Assembly (NCBI GenBank): GCA_043228905.1
Contig: JBHGNT010000021.1
Location: 2,852,001-2,916,000, forward strand
DNA: 64,000 bases
Direction: 5' to 3'
DNA from: Azolla caroliniana
Lineage: Eukaryota > Plantae > Polypodiophyta
The position numbers were made by a program, and so were the translations under genes. The notes below the pieces were generated by a model that did not search any database, was not told the DNA's origin, and worked only from the letters and a program-made list of their open reading frames with translations. This document shows positions 10,684-21,785 of this stretch, one piece after another; position 1 is the stretch's first letter, and every line of letters begins with the position of its first letter.

Positions 10684-11280
10684 CTAATCCTCCGATCCGC
10701 TCAGGCCCGACTCCGCAATAAGCCCTTCTTCGACTTCAATTTGTGCCTCTACGATCTCGTACGCTTCCCGCGCCAAGGCTTCGATGTCGAGCTCCTCCGA
10801 ACCAATTTGCGTTGAGCTCTTTTCCGGCGATAGTGCGTAGTCGGTCGCCGCTCTCTCTTCTCCGCCGCTCGCAGGCCACGTTGTGGCCGACCGCCTCTCA
10901 TCGCATTGTATGCACGCCCATTCCACCTCGTTCCAATCTTCGATGAGGCCGTACGCCCCTTCATCGTCTTCGAGGTAGGGAAAAATGGCCATTCTCCCCA
11001 TTTCGTTGACCGACTTCAAGAATAGTGGGACCTTGTCCGCCCCCACCGATTCTTGATCCCGAACCGAAAGTTGGGAAAACCGGAGATCGAACTCCCGGAA
11101 TGCCTTCATCGCGCTTCGAGGAGCCTTTGCCGACGACACCCATAGATCGAACTCGCGTCGATCGTACTTGTACGCCTCTTCCCGTCTTTCTCTCCTTCTT
11201 GCGTAATCCCTTGCCATTCTCGTAATTACTTCCGCGATGTCTCCGTCTTCCATCTCCTTCCTCCCTTGCCACCTCTTCAC
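10684..11280 (-). CDS. Gag-derived ORF of element B
   Basis: REFDLWVSS...AFREFDLRFSQLS..D...DKVPLFLKSVNE...GLIEDWNEVEWAC aligns with element A Gag RDFMEWVES...LLREFEERFARLS..D...SRVLLFVKSVDE...GLTTDWAAVKRVC. Confidence 0.7.
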   Translation of the reverse strand: MKRWQGRKEMEDGDIAEVITRMARDYARRRERREEAYKYDRREFDLWVSSAKAPRSAMKAFREFDLRFSQLSVRDQESVGADKVPLFLKSVNEMGRMAIFPYLEDDEGAYGLIEDWNEVEWACIQCDERRSATTWPASGGEERAATDYALSPEKSSTQIGSEELDIEALAREAYEIVEAQIEVEEGLIAESGLSGSED

Positions 11281-11293
11281 GTCGGGTTCACCA
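11276..11293 (-). promoter_or_regulatory. tRNA-Trp PBS of element B
   Basis: Plus strand TTCACGTCGGGTTCACCA, 4 nt from the LTR; identical to the element A PBS. Confidence 0.85.
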
Positions 11294-11297
11294 AATA

Positions 11298-12018
11298 TGT
11301 CGCGTTGCTACGCGCATGCGTGGAGAAGGGCGGGACCACGGGGGTCTTGGACTAAAGAGTAGAGGAGAAGGAATCGGACATGGAATGGAAGCTTTGCTCA
11401 AGAAGAAGAAGAATGAATAAGAGATTAGATCGAACAAGAGGAAGATGGAGACAAGATGATCAACAAGATGTATTAAAACGAAATGAACGATTACAAAATG
11501 GTGGCCGCATAGGCCGCACCAAACGACTACTCGAAACCCTAACCGACGAAGATGAAGATAAAGATAAAGAAACCCTAACCCTAACCCTAACGCTCGACCT
11601 ATGTGGTATACCTTGCACACTCAAAATAGGCAACCCCCACAATGGTGCCTTCCCTCTCCTTTTATAGCACAAGGAGGGAAGACCGTTTACCAAAAATGAG
11701 ACTCAAATATCCCCTTTCATTCAAAGAGGATATTTGCCTTGATTTGGGGAGGGTGAGATTGATGGCCCCTTTACTTCCACCTCCACACAAACAACTAGGT
11801 ACCTATGTACCGCATAGTACCTCTCTCTCTCTCGCGCGTGGATGTGCGCACAAAACCACATCACCTTTATACCTTGGGGATCCTATGGGGCATTTCTAGC
11901 ACCATACACTTTACCCTTATTACTATTACAAATACATTATGTACGTGTGCAACGTTGCACATCGCTCTTTGGCTCTCTTTGCTCGAGTTTCCGCTTGTGG
12001 ACGAAAATCTTCACGACA
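11298..12018 (-). repeat. 5' LTR of element B
   Basis: TG...CA termini. Outer tip TGTCGTGAAG (minus strand) is shared with element A. Followed by ACGT. Confidence 0.92.
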
Positions 12019-12944
12019 ACGTCTTCCCACACTTGCTCCCAAGACCATGGCAGTCGGGCCCGAGTGCCCACGTGACTCCAAAGAGGAGGAAGGCAGCGGC
12101 GGGAGGCCGAGAATCGACGGCGAGATGATGCGAGGAAGGAGTGGACGAAAGCCCTCAGAACCAATTCCGGAGAACTCGGCATTCGGGCCCTTATGCCCAC
12201 GTGAGACTGAGGAGATGGATGACAGTGTCAAGGAGTCCTAGCATGATGACAGCAAATAAGGATGGGAGATGGCCCACGAGAAGGTCGACGAAGGAACCAA
12301 GGAACGACCCAACCAGGGACTGAACCGTGCGGCACTCCGATTCGGGTGGGGCGCAATCCGGTCGTGGATTGTTCGACCGGGGCCAGAATCGGCATGAAGG
12401 TGCCGATACGGAAGGGGGTGCGGAACGAACCGCCCTCTTTTACATGGGGAGAAAGACCGATCGGGCGAAGGTCGAGAATCGGAAGTAAGGTGATCAAGGG
12501 TTCAAGACGAGTTCGGTAGGATCGGCATCGGAGGCGAAACTCCGGACATTGGAGAATCAAGCCCAGGAGGGGCTTGGTTGTTCACAGAGCGGATGTTATC
12601 CACTGACACCACTAAAAGGGTCGGTGGCTTGGGATGAGTCGCCGAAGACGTTATGAAATCGGTTACCCCACATCTTGATCGGAGACTTCGGGAGTTCAAG
12701 CCAACGAGGCGACGTGAGTCCGAAAGAGAAGGGAGATGGAAGGGAAGTGCAAAGAAAGGATTAACAGCAACATGGAGAAACGGGAGAGGCGGTTGACTAA
12801 AGTATGTGTCCTCCACACTCGTTCCCGAGACTTAGGCGGTTACGTCCGAGGACCGACAGAAAACCTAAGAGACGGAAGGTGGCAGCGAGGACGCGGAGGT
12901 CACGGCCAAATACAACCGATCCGGATGGGGAAAACGAAGACAGG

Positions 12945-13112
12945 TGTCGAATACATGTGTATAATGGACGTATTCACACCATCCCGTTTTGGCCATTTAT
13001 GTAATTAGCATAAAGGGTAGTTGCCCTAAGTCGGTCACTATATATAGTGACCTTGTAACCTCTTTGTGAGGTTGGTTGTTGTATTATTTGTTTATGCAAT
13101 AGAGTGTCTTTT

Positions 13113-13164
<52 letters not shown>

Positions 13165-16100
13165 AACGACCTACATTCTGTCATACACAGGGAATAAACA
13201 GGAATCGAGTGCTTCTTGACCTTCCGCAAAGACGACATTGCTTCCAACATCTGGTATCAGAGCCTGCACAGTAGTCGGTTCTTCAATCCGCTGTCGGCCG
13301 TCGTCTCTGCATTCGGTTCCCTGCGTCATTCGAATAAGAGAGAAGAAGAAGAAAAACCAGGTTTGCATCTCATCGCGTTAGATCATCTTTGTTTGGAGTA
13401 AGCCAGCAGGTTGTACTCCGCTCCCCGTGATCGTAACCGCTCGAGGTGAAATCCCCTTGTGCAACCCTGACAACAACCCAAATTCATGCTTCATCTGGCT
13501 GATCGACATTCGGGAGGATCAGTCGGATCCGTCTCTCTCGTCGCTGCAGTCAACCGAAGCAAAATCGGTTCAGATAATCGGTTTTAATAATCGGTATTCG
13601 GCATATATATCCGAAACGAACCGGGCTCACTCCGACTCGGCAACATTCGGGAAGACCAGTCGGTTCTGTCCCTCAAGTTACCGGAGTCAATTCGAGCAAG
13701 TTCCGAAGCCAAACCGACTCGGGTTCAAATCCGACTAGAACGATATCGGGTGAGCCAACCGGCTGCACTCCAACAAGGTTCGTAGTCAACTCCGAACCGA
13801 GCTTCGTCAACTGAAACCGAATTTGATGGCATCAACATCCGGCTCGTCAGAAATGAGTCTACGAAAGTTCGATGGATCGAACTTCAACTTCTGGAAGGAA
13901 CAAATGCAGGACTATCTCATAGTCAAGGGGCAGATCGATCCCATCGAAAATGAAGAACCTCCAGAAGGATACAAACCAATTGAGTGGCAGAAGCTGGACA
14001 GAATCGTCCGCGCCACGATTCGGATGCACCTATCGGAATCGGTATACTTTACGGTGCAATCGTGTACGACAGCATTCGAACTGTGGAAAACGTTGTCGGA
14101 CACTTACGAAAAGAAGGTCGCCGCAACAAAGATGTTTCTGATCCGGCGCCTCTACAACTTGCGGATGAAAGAATCCGATTCGGTTCAAGCACACCTCAAT
14201 GAGTACGAAAGCATAAGCTCCCAAATCTCGTCACAGGGGACGGCAATCGAGGATGAGCTCAGAGCAATGATACTCATGAGCAGCCTTCCCTCATCATGGG
14301 AAACTTTCGTCACAACTGTGTGCAACGCGTCAACCACGGCTGTTAAATACTCCGAAGTCACGAGCGCAATCCTGACCGAAGCAGCTCGGAGAAAGTCTTT
14401 TGCCAAAGACTCAACGGACGACGCTTACGTAGTACAAGGTTCGACAGACCGATCGAACATACGAGGAAGAGATTCCTCACGGCCGCCGAACAATCAGCGA
14501 AGACGGAGCCAGTCACGGGATAACCGAATCTGCAACTACTGCAAGAAACCCGGACACATCAAAGCCGACTGCCGCGCACTCAAGAACAAGAACAACAAGA
14601 AGAGTGGCCGGCATGAGGAGATCAATTACGTCAGCTTCTCAGCTGATGTACTACCGGACGACCCGAATATACTATCAATCGAAAATCCAGTCGGATCAGA
14701 AGTTCTGCTCACGACTGAAGAATCGAGCACATGGCTCTTGGATTCGGGCGCGTCATTTCATGTGACTCCTCATCGGTCCCAATTTCGGCAATATACGATC
14801 CGTCACTCCGACTCAGTTCGGGTCGGCAACTCACAACACTGTGACATCATCGGAATCGGCACAGTAGAGCTCAACCTTGCAGGTGGCTCTACACTTGTAC
14901 TCCACAATGTCCGACATGTACCCGAGCTCTCAAGGCCATTGATCTCAGTCGGACAACTAGATGAAGACGGCATTCGTGCCGGTTTTTCTTCGGGAGGGTG
15001 GACACTCCACAGGGGGAACCTCCTGCTTGCTAGAGGACCTAAGATACACTCATTGTATCCGCTACATGTTACGCTCAGAGAGGGTAACCTGTTTTTGGTG
15101 GATATTCCTGTGTCATCACTATGGCACCGAAGATTAGGACACCTCAGCAAGGCCGGCATCACGCACCTATCCAGAGCCGGGTACATCCCCAAACTCTCCT
15201 TCTCCGACCATCAATTCTGCGAGCATTGCCAGTATGGCAAACAAGTAGCCGCATCACACCCGACATCAGCACCAAAAGAAACGAGACCTCTCGATTTAGT
15301 CCATTCGGACGTCTGTGGCCCAATGCCGCATCAGTCTCTAGGCGGTGCCTCTTACTTCGTCAGTTTTATTGACGATTCGACTCGAAAGGTGTGGGCTTAT
15401 CCGATTCGCACCAAAGATCGTGTCTTCTCGATCTTCTCAGATTGGCTCGCTATGGTAGAAAATCAAACCGACCGAAAGCTGAAATGCCTTCGGACAGACA
15501 ATGGGGGAGAGTTCAAATCCGATGAATTCGTCAAATTCTGCCGACAACGCGGCATCCGACGTGAATTTACGGCACCACACAGTCCGGAGCAAAACGGGAT
15601 TGCAGAACGAATGAATCGGACGATCCAAGAAAGGATAGTTTCCATGCTCCAACACTCCGGACTGTCGGATGGCTTCTGGGCAGAGGCTCTACTCACGGCA
15701 GTACACATAATCAATATGTCGCCAAGTAGACCTCTAGGACTTCAAATTCCTCAGGAACTATGGATCGGCAGTAAGCCGAATTACGACAAGCTGAGGATCT
15801 TCGGATGCGAGGCGTACGCCCTTATTCCGAAAGATGATCGCCGAAAACTTGCACCTCGGTCCAGGAAATGCATTTTCCTTGGATATGGATCAGACGGCGA
15901 AATGGGATACCGACTCTGGGACCCCGAACGCAGACAAATCGTCCGAAGTTCGGACGTTGTGTTCAACGAGTCGGCTCTGAACCCATCAGTCGAAAAACCA
16001 ATCGAAGTCCGAAGGGTAACATTCTCCGATGTGCCGACCCTTCAAGAAGGCCCCGCTCTCAACACACGGTCAGCTTCACGGGTAGCTGAACCTTATACTA

Positions 16101-18200
16101 CCGACTCGGACAACTCTGACTCGGCACAGCCGAATGATTCGGTCTCGGACCATCCGACCTCGATACCCGATGCGACCAGTCCAATCATACCTCGACGATC
16201 CGAGAGACTGTCGCAACCTCCGGAGAGGTATTCTCCTGGAATTTTCTTCACCGACGCCGGCGAACCGACGTCTTACGAAGAAGCATCGACATCTGTCGAT
16301 TCGGCCACCTGGCATCTGGCGATGGAGTCGGAAATGCACTCCATCCGTGCAAACAAGACTTGGGATCTGGTCGAATTACCTAAGAACCGACGTGCTCTTC
16401 CTTGCAAGTGGGTTTATCGACTAAAAGAGACGTCTGATTCGACCACCCCAAAGTACAAGGCCAGATTAGTTGCGAAGGGCTTCCGACAAGAATATGGCGT
16501 CGACTTCGACGAGATTTTTTCACCAGTGGTGAAAATGACAACCCTTCGTTTTCTGCTCGGCGTCGTGGCAGCCGACAACTTGGAGCTGATTCAGCTAGAT
16601 GTCAAAACAGCCTTCCTCCATGGTGATCTCGAGGAGGAAATTTATATGGAGCAGCCAAAAGGCTTCGTGGCAACTGGCCAAGAACATCTAGTCTGCCGAC
16701 TCAGGAAGAGTCTATACGGCCTCAAACAGGCACCGCGACAATGGTACAAGAAGTTCGACGACTTCATCCAATCGATCGGCTTCTCCAAAAGCGATGAGGA
16801 CCATTGTCTCTTCACCAACACAGCTCAAGATGGATCACCCATCTTCCTCATCATCTACGTGGACGACATGCTAATTTCTGGACGCCACGCGGGCGAACTT
16901 GCCGATCTCGTTCGGCAACTGCGGTTGAAGTTTGCCATGAAGGACCTCGGCCCGGCACGACACATACTCGGCATGAAGATTAGTCGGCATCGCGATAAAC
17001 GACATCTTTTTTTGTCTCAGACCGACTACATCGGACGTGTCTTGGAACGCTTCAACATGCAATCAGCCAAATCTGCTTCAACCCCGCTCCCCATGAATCT
17101 TCGGCTCTCTCAACGAGACTGCCCGACACCCGGTCCGGAGGGGGAAGATATGAAGTCGGTACCGTATGCACCGGCAGTCGGCTCCCTTATGTACCTGATG
17201 GTCGCGACACGGCCTGATATCTCTCATGCCGTAGGAGTCGTTAGCAGATTTATGCACAATCCTGGCCGATCGCATTGGAACGCAGTCAAGCATGTGTTCA
17301 GATATCTGGCTGGCACAAAAGACCACGGCATTCTTTTCGGTCCGAACCGAACCTCAGGCGTAGTCGGTTACACCGACTCGGACTTCGCCGGCTGTATAGA
17401 CAGTCGGAAATCAACAACCGGATACTGCTTCAAATTCGGCAATGGAGCAATCTCGTGGAAGTCGAAACTTCAGGAATGCACAGCGACCTCAACGACCGAA
17501 GCAGAATATGTAGCTGCGTCCGACGCAGCAAAAGAAGCCTTATGGCTTGGTCGGCTGGCGCACACGTTTCGACAAGTCGACCATGACTCGGCTCCAGTTG
17601 TCTACAGCGACAGTCAAGGTGCTGTTGCCTTGTCGAAAAATCCGGTTCACCACAACGCCTCCAAACATATCGACGTTCGATATCACTTCGTTCGGGACTG
17701 CGTCATTTCAGGGAAAATCGGTCTAGAGAAAATATCCACAACCGATAATGTCGCAGATGGAATGACCAAATGTCTCTCGGCAGACCGTTTTCGGTCTCTT
17801 CGGCATCAGATGGGCGTAACGACAAACCAGTCCGGTTAGAGCCGGACACAGAGCAGGATGGTTCCCGACAACCGACATCAGCTCCTTAATGATCGGCTTC
17901 AACTGTTCCGACCCGACCAGTTCGGTCTTCTGTCTTCGGATCCTGCCGACTCGAACAAAGCTGATATGTCCGAGAACCTAAGTCTATACCTGTAATCTTA
18001 GATAACCCATGTATACGCCCATTACGGGGGAGTGTCGAATACATGTGTATAATGGACGTATTCACACCATCCCGTTTTGGCCATTTATGTAATTAGCATA
18101 AAGGGTAGTTGCCCTAAGTCGGTCACTATATATAGTGACCTTGTAACCTCTTTGTGAGGTTGGTTGTTGTATTATTTGTTTATGCAATAGAGTGTCTTTT

Positions 18201-18246
<46 letters not shown>

Positions 18247-18331
18247 AACGACCTACATTCTGTCATACACAGGGAATAAACAGGAATCGAGTGCTTCTTG
18301 ATCTTCCGCAAAGACGACATTGCTTCCAACA
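12945..18331 (+). mobile_element. Intact, very young Ty1/copia retrotransposon (Tnt1/Tork-like)
   Basis: LTRs 12945-13249 and 18033-18331 differ only by one substitution and CT-repeat length. 5-bp TSD ACAGG. tRNA-iMet PBS TGGTATCAGAGC at 13252. PPT GGGGGAG. Confidence 0.97.
13826..17839 (+). CDS. Copia Gag-Pol polyprotein, uninterrupted
   Basis: CNYCKKPGHIKADC knuckle, WLLDSGAS protease, integrase HSDVCGP...LRTDNGGE...PEQNGIAER, RT QLDVKTAFLHG...YVDD, RNase H TDSD...KHIDVRYHF...ADGMTK. Confidence 0.97.
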   Translation: MASTSGSSEMSLRKFDGSNFNFWKEQMQDYLIVKGQIDPIENEEPPEGYKPIEWQKLDRIVRATIRMHLSESVYFTVQSCTTAFELWKTLSDTYEKKVAATKMFLIRRLYNLRMKESDSVQAHLNEYESISSQISSQGTAIEDELRAMILMSSLPSSWETFVTTVCNASTTAVKYSEVTSAILTEAARRKSFAKDSTDDAYVVQGSTDRSNIRGRDSSRPPNNQRRRSQSRDNRICNYCKKPGHIKADCRALKNKNNKKSGRHEEINYVSFSADVLPDDPNILSIENPVGSEVLLTTEESSTWLLDSGASFHVTPHRSQFRQYTIRHSDSVRVGNSQHCDIIGIGTVELNLAGGSTLVLHNVRHVPELSRPLISVGQLDEDGIRAGFSSGGWTLHRGNLLLARGPKIHSLYPLHVTLREGNLFLVDIPVSSLWHRRLGHLSKAGITHLSRAGYIPKLSFSDHQFCEHCQYGKQVAASHPTSAPKETRPLDLVHSDVCGPMPHQSLGGASYFVSFIDDSTRKVWAYPIRTKDRVFSIFSDWLAMVENQTDRKLKCLRTDNGGEFKSDEFVKFCRQRGIRREFTAPHSPEQNGIAERMNRTIQERIVSMLQHSGLSDGFWAEALLTAVHIINMSPSRPLGLQIPQELWIGSKPNYDKLRIFGCEAYALIPKDDRRKLAPRSRKCIFLGYGSDGEMGYRLWDPERRQIVRSSDVVFNESALNPSVEKPIEVRRVTFSDVPTLQEGPALNTRSASRVAEPYTTDSDNSDSAQPNDSVSDHPTSIPDATSPIIPRRSERLSQPPERYSPGIFFTDAGEPTSYEEASTSVDSATWHLAMESEMHSIRANKTWDLVELPKNRRALPCKWVYRLKETSDSTTPKYKARLVAKGFRQEYGVDFDEIFSPVVKMTTLRFLLGVVAADNLELIQLDVKTAFLHGDLEEEIYMEQPKGFVATGQEHLVCRLRKSLYGLKQAPRQWYKKFDDFIQSIGFSKSDEDHCLFTNTAQDGSPIFLIIYVDDMLISGRHAGELADLVRQLRLKFAMKDLGPARHILGMKISRHRDKRHLFLSQTDYIGRVLERFNMQSAKSASTPLPMNLRLSQRDCPTPGPEGEDMKSVPYAPAVGSLMYLMVATRPDISHAVGVVSRFMHNPGRSHWNAVKHVFRYLAGTKDHGILFGPNRTSGVVGYTDSDFAGCIDSRKSTTGYCFKFGNGAISWKSKLQECTATSTTEAEYVAASDAAKEALWLGRLAHTFRQVDHDSAPVVYSDSQGAVALSKNPVHHNASKHIDVRYHFVRDCVISGKIGLEKISTTDNVADGMTKCLSADRFRSLRHQMGVTTNQSG

Positions 18332-20428
18332 ACAGGTCCTATGGGTCACCTCACACTGGGCTAGAGACTTCGGCGGTCGGCATCGGATCCGACGTAAGAC
18401 CAAGATACTGACAGTGGTGGCAGGAGAACGGGACCCGGGGATGCGACGTGACGGTCGGACCCGGACGAGAACCGGGCGGAGCGGACTTCCAGATAACCGA
18501 TCCGAAAGGGAGGAAGGGGCAGGCCTACAGAGAGGCCTGATCACGGTAGATCGGTACCACGGGAGAGGGTGCGAAGTGAGCCACCCTCTCGACATGCGGA
18601 GAAGGACGACCTGGGACAGGGTCAAGAAGACAAGATGAGGCCCAAGGAGGATCCTTCACACTGGATCTAGAGACTTCGGCGGTCGGCATCGGGTTCGACG
18701 TAAGACCAAGAGATTGACGGTGGCGGCGAGGGGACGAAGGCGGGAGAGAGGAAGAAAGACCGGTCTTATGGGTTCCTCACACCAATCCGGAGACACCGAC
18801 AGTTCAAGTCGACATGGCAACGTGAGACCAAGTGAGAAGGATGGTGGCAACATGAAACGGGAACCGACGATGAAGGAAGTGCGGCGGGGCGATCCTCACA
18901 CCGATCCGGAGACACCGGCAGTTCAAGCCGACGTGGCAACGTAAGACCGAGTGAGAAGGATGGTGGTGGCAGGTGAACGGGATCGAGCAAAAAGAGAGGT
19001 CCCACGGAGATCCTCGCACCGATCCAGCGGTCGGCTCGAGTGCTGTCGTGAGTCCTAAAAGAAAGGACGGTGGCGGCAGGTGAACGTGATCAGACGACGG
19101 GGCAGAGCGGCAAGGAGGTATCGGGCCGGCGAGGCGGCCACTAACCGAAACCGGGCCGAAAGACAATGCGGAAGGCGGGAAAGAGGAAGAAAGACCGGTC
19201 CTATGGGTTCCTCACACCAATCCGGAGACACCGGCAGTTCAAGCCGACATGGCAACGTGAGACCGAGTGAGAAGGATGGTGGCGGTAGGAAACGAGAACC
19301 GGCGATGCAAGCAGAGCGGACCGGGAGCCGGCAAGGCCGGAGTTGACAGGGCCCAAACCCTTACCGGCCGGTTACGATTTCGGAAGGAAGCCGATAAGGG
19401 TAAGCACGGAGTGGAACAAGAGACGTGTGAGTGGCCAACGAGGGCCGAAGCAAGCACGAGCACGGGACGTCGTTCGGCATGAGCAGTGCCGAATAAGGGA
19501 GGCGGAAGACGTCACACGACACAACGACCATAGAAGGAACAAGGAGTGCGTATTGGGGTCACCTAAGGACCGAGGAACGAACGCGCATTCAGGGAACGAT
19601 AACGACACACAGAGAGAGCCTACGGACGGCGAGCGAAGGAAGAGAGACCGGATCGACAACGGTGTTCGAGAGGGCCGGTCAAATAAGACGGATCGGCGCC
19701 GGCAAGGAACCGGCGAGACGGTCGGGTGCCGGTAAGGCGGAGGACCCGGTTGATCATCATCGCCAAAATCTCTCACCCTTTTCCTTTCTTGGCACATACC
19801 GGTGGATGTGTGGTTTTGTGGGGGTGGATGTCGTGAAGATTTCCGGCTACATTGTGAAACCGGGGTGGAATAGGGCAAGTCGGTGGTGTGCAACATGTGC
19901 ACATGTATAGTAGGAGATGGTGTATAGAATAAAGGGGCGGTTTTGTCCCACATTATAACGCCCTCCCCTCCTTGGTATATAAAAGGAGGGAGGGGTCCCT
20001 TGTTGAGGGGTTGCCCATTTTGTGTCGTAGGGGTATACCATTTTGTGGAGGGTCTTTCTTTGTTAAGAGTTTCTAGGGTTAGTAACTTCTTCTTCTTTTT
20101 TCTTCTTCTTCTCCTTCTTGAGAAGTTGGGCGCGGCAGCCATGGCGGCGAAGCTCTGTTAGGGTTAGCTTATTTACTTCTGAGCGTAGCTCGGCTCGAAG
20201 TTGGGGTTGTATCTTTCCCCTTGTAATATATACATACATATCTGTTTGTGCATATTGGTGTCTCTGGTGGTGTCGGGTGCATAGCCCTCCTTTATTTCCT
20301 ATACATAAGAGTCAGTGTTGCGCGTGTGCTCCCTCTCTTTCTCTCTCACTCTCTCTCGTGTTCGGATGCCTCTAGTACATGTCCGGAGTCGGTTTTCTTG
20401 GCGCCCCTTTTCTTCCTCGTCTGAGACC

Positions 20429-21151
20429 CCGGTGATCCCGAAGGAGAATGGGTTAGATATGCTGACCAAGATGGTGACACCCGACAAGCTGGATGCATGC
20501 CGAAAGCGGATCGGACTTACGAGGCATCCCATGCCGGAGTGAAGGGGGAGTTTGTTAGGATCTCGGTCCCTCCGAATGGGATGATGAAGGCCCGGTGAGA
20601 ACCGGATAATGAGTACCCGGCAAGGAAGACCCGGTGAGAACCGGATGTTGCAAGTCTAGTGAGAACCTCTCACCGGATGAAGGGACATATATGTAAATAT
20701 GTTCCAGAGAACCCACATGGGCTATATTTGTAAATAGTCCGAAAGTCATATTAGTATAAATATGACCTAGGGCAAACTCTTGGTGTGTGGTTGTCTTTAT
20801 TTTGTTGTATAGAGTTATTGGTGTAACTGCTGTACAGAGCGTAGTAGAGGGAAAGAGACAGAGACAGAGACAGAGATAGAGTGAGTCTCTGTTGTAACCG
20901 CCGCCAGACGAAGATTGTGAGCACGAGGTCGTTGCCTCTGTGTTCCCCTGTTGTATTCTCCTTACATAGTGATAGTTCGGAGTCTGTGGACTCCCGTGGT
21001 TTTTTCCCGTTTAGGGTTTTTCCACGTTAACATCTTGTGCATTCTCTTATGTTTGTGTACTTACTTCCATTTCTCCTTTTTTTTACTGTGTTTGATTAAG
21101 TGATCTAAGTCTGGGTTGTGGCCGAAGATTATTTCGCATATTCTCTACACA
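20429..21151 (+). mobile_element. 3' end of an older copia: RNase H tail, PPT and 3' LTR (20553 to about 21151)
   Basis: ENGLDMLTKMVTPDKLDACRKRIGL followed later by a stop, then GAAGGGGGAG and TGTTAGG. TATAAATA inside the LTR, which ends ...CTACACA. Confidence 0.7.
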
Positions 21152-21745
21152 AGCCAAGCGGAACCTAGCTCAAACCTAAGTCGAGCCCCTTCTTTGCGAT
21201 ACCGGCTACTGAGTGTAGTCCCAATCTTTTACAAGAAAAGAGAGATATAAAGGGAAATGCATGGCTACTAAACGTAGTCTCATGCTTACAATAGTGATGT
21301 AGGAAAGTAAGATAGGGTATAGAGTGCTTGTGGTGCGAGACGATGGGAAAACCGATGATGCCAATGCAAATGCCACATAACGCTTAGTGGGGGCACTCAA
21401 CACGAACGAAGGCTCGACGAATGACGATGCGACCTCGATGTGGGTGCCTATCCCCGTTATGTAGACCTCCATAGTAAATAATTTCCTCTTCATATATTTT
21501 TGTTGACCTTGCGGCCGGTACAAGGAGTGTGGAACGGTGAAATCATTGATGGGTTGTAGATAAGTCAAGAGGGAGACGAGACCACCAAGATCGATTTGAG
21601 CGCACCCGAATCGTCGAGGAAGCTTGTTGTAGGTGAGGATTAGAAGAGATAAAGGGAGGGGAGAGGGAGATGAGGGATCCAAACACGAATAATAAAACTC
21701 TACATAAGAATAAAACACTAAATATGATTAAAACATACCCATGAG

Positions 21746-21785
<40 letters not shown>

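Larger units (their letters stand above)
7349..12018 (-). mobile_element. Non-autonomous (pol-less, TR-GAG/LARD-like) gypsy element B
   Basis: About 720-bp LTRs at 11298-12018 and 7349-8050; the latter lacks about 16 terminal nt. Same Trp PBS as A (11276-11293) and same pre-LTR motif (8051-8090). Gag-derived ORF present; no RT or IN motifs seen. Confidence 0.88.
12019..20428 (+). mobile_element. 3' part of a second non-autonomous relative (element C), split by a copia insertion; 3' LTR about 19829-20428
   Basis: Internal ~85-bp repeats resemble those of element B. Conserved TTGGCACATACCGGTGGATGTG...GGGGGTGGA precedes an LTR starting TGTCGTGAAG at 19829. The right LTR boundary is approximate. 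Confidence 0.7.

Noticed and set aside
65-12022. Block 69-12018 as one composite transposon (inverted tips TGTCGTGAAG...CTTCACGACA, ACGT on both sides)
   Set aside because: Joining the flanks does not continue the RT frame (ATFQ expected), and the right flank belongs to element C. The shared ACGT is better explained by target preference.
18343-19290. CRISPR-like repeat-spacer array
   Set aside because: Units are about 85 nt, divergent and irregularly spaced inside an LTR element in a eukaryote; no cas genes.
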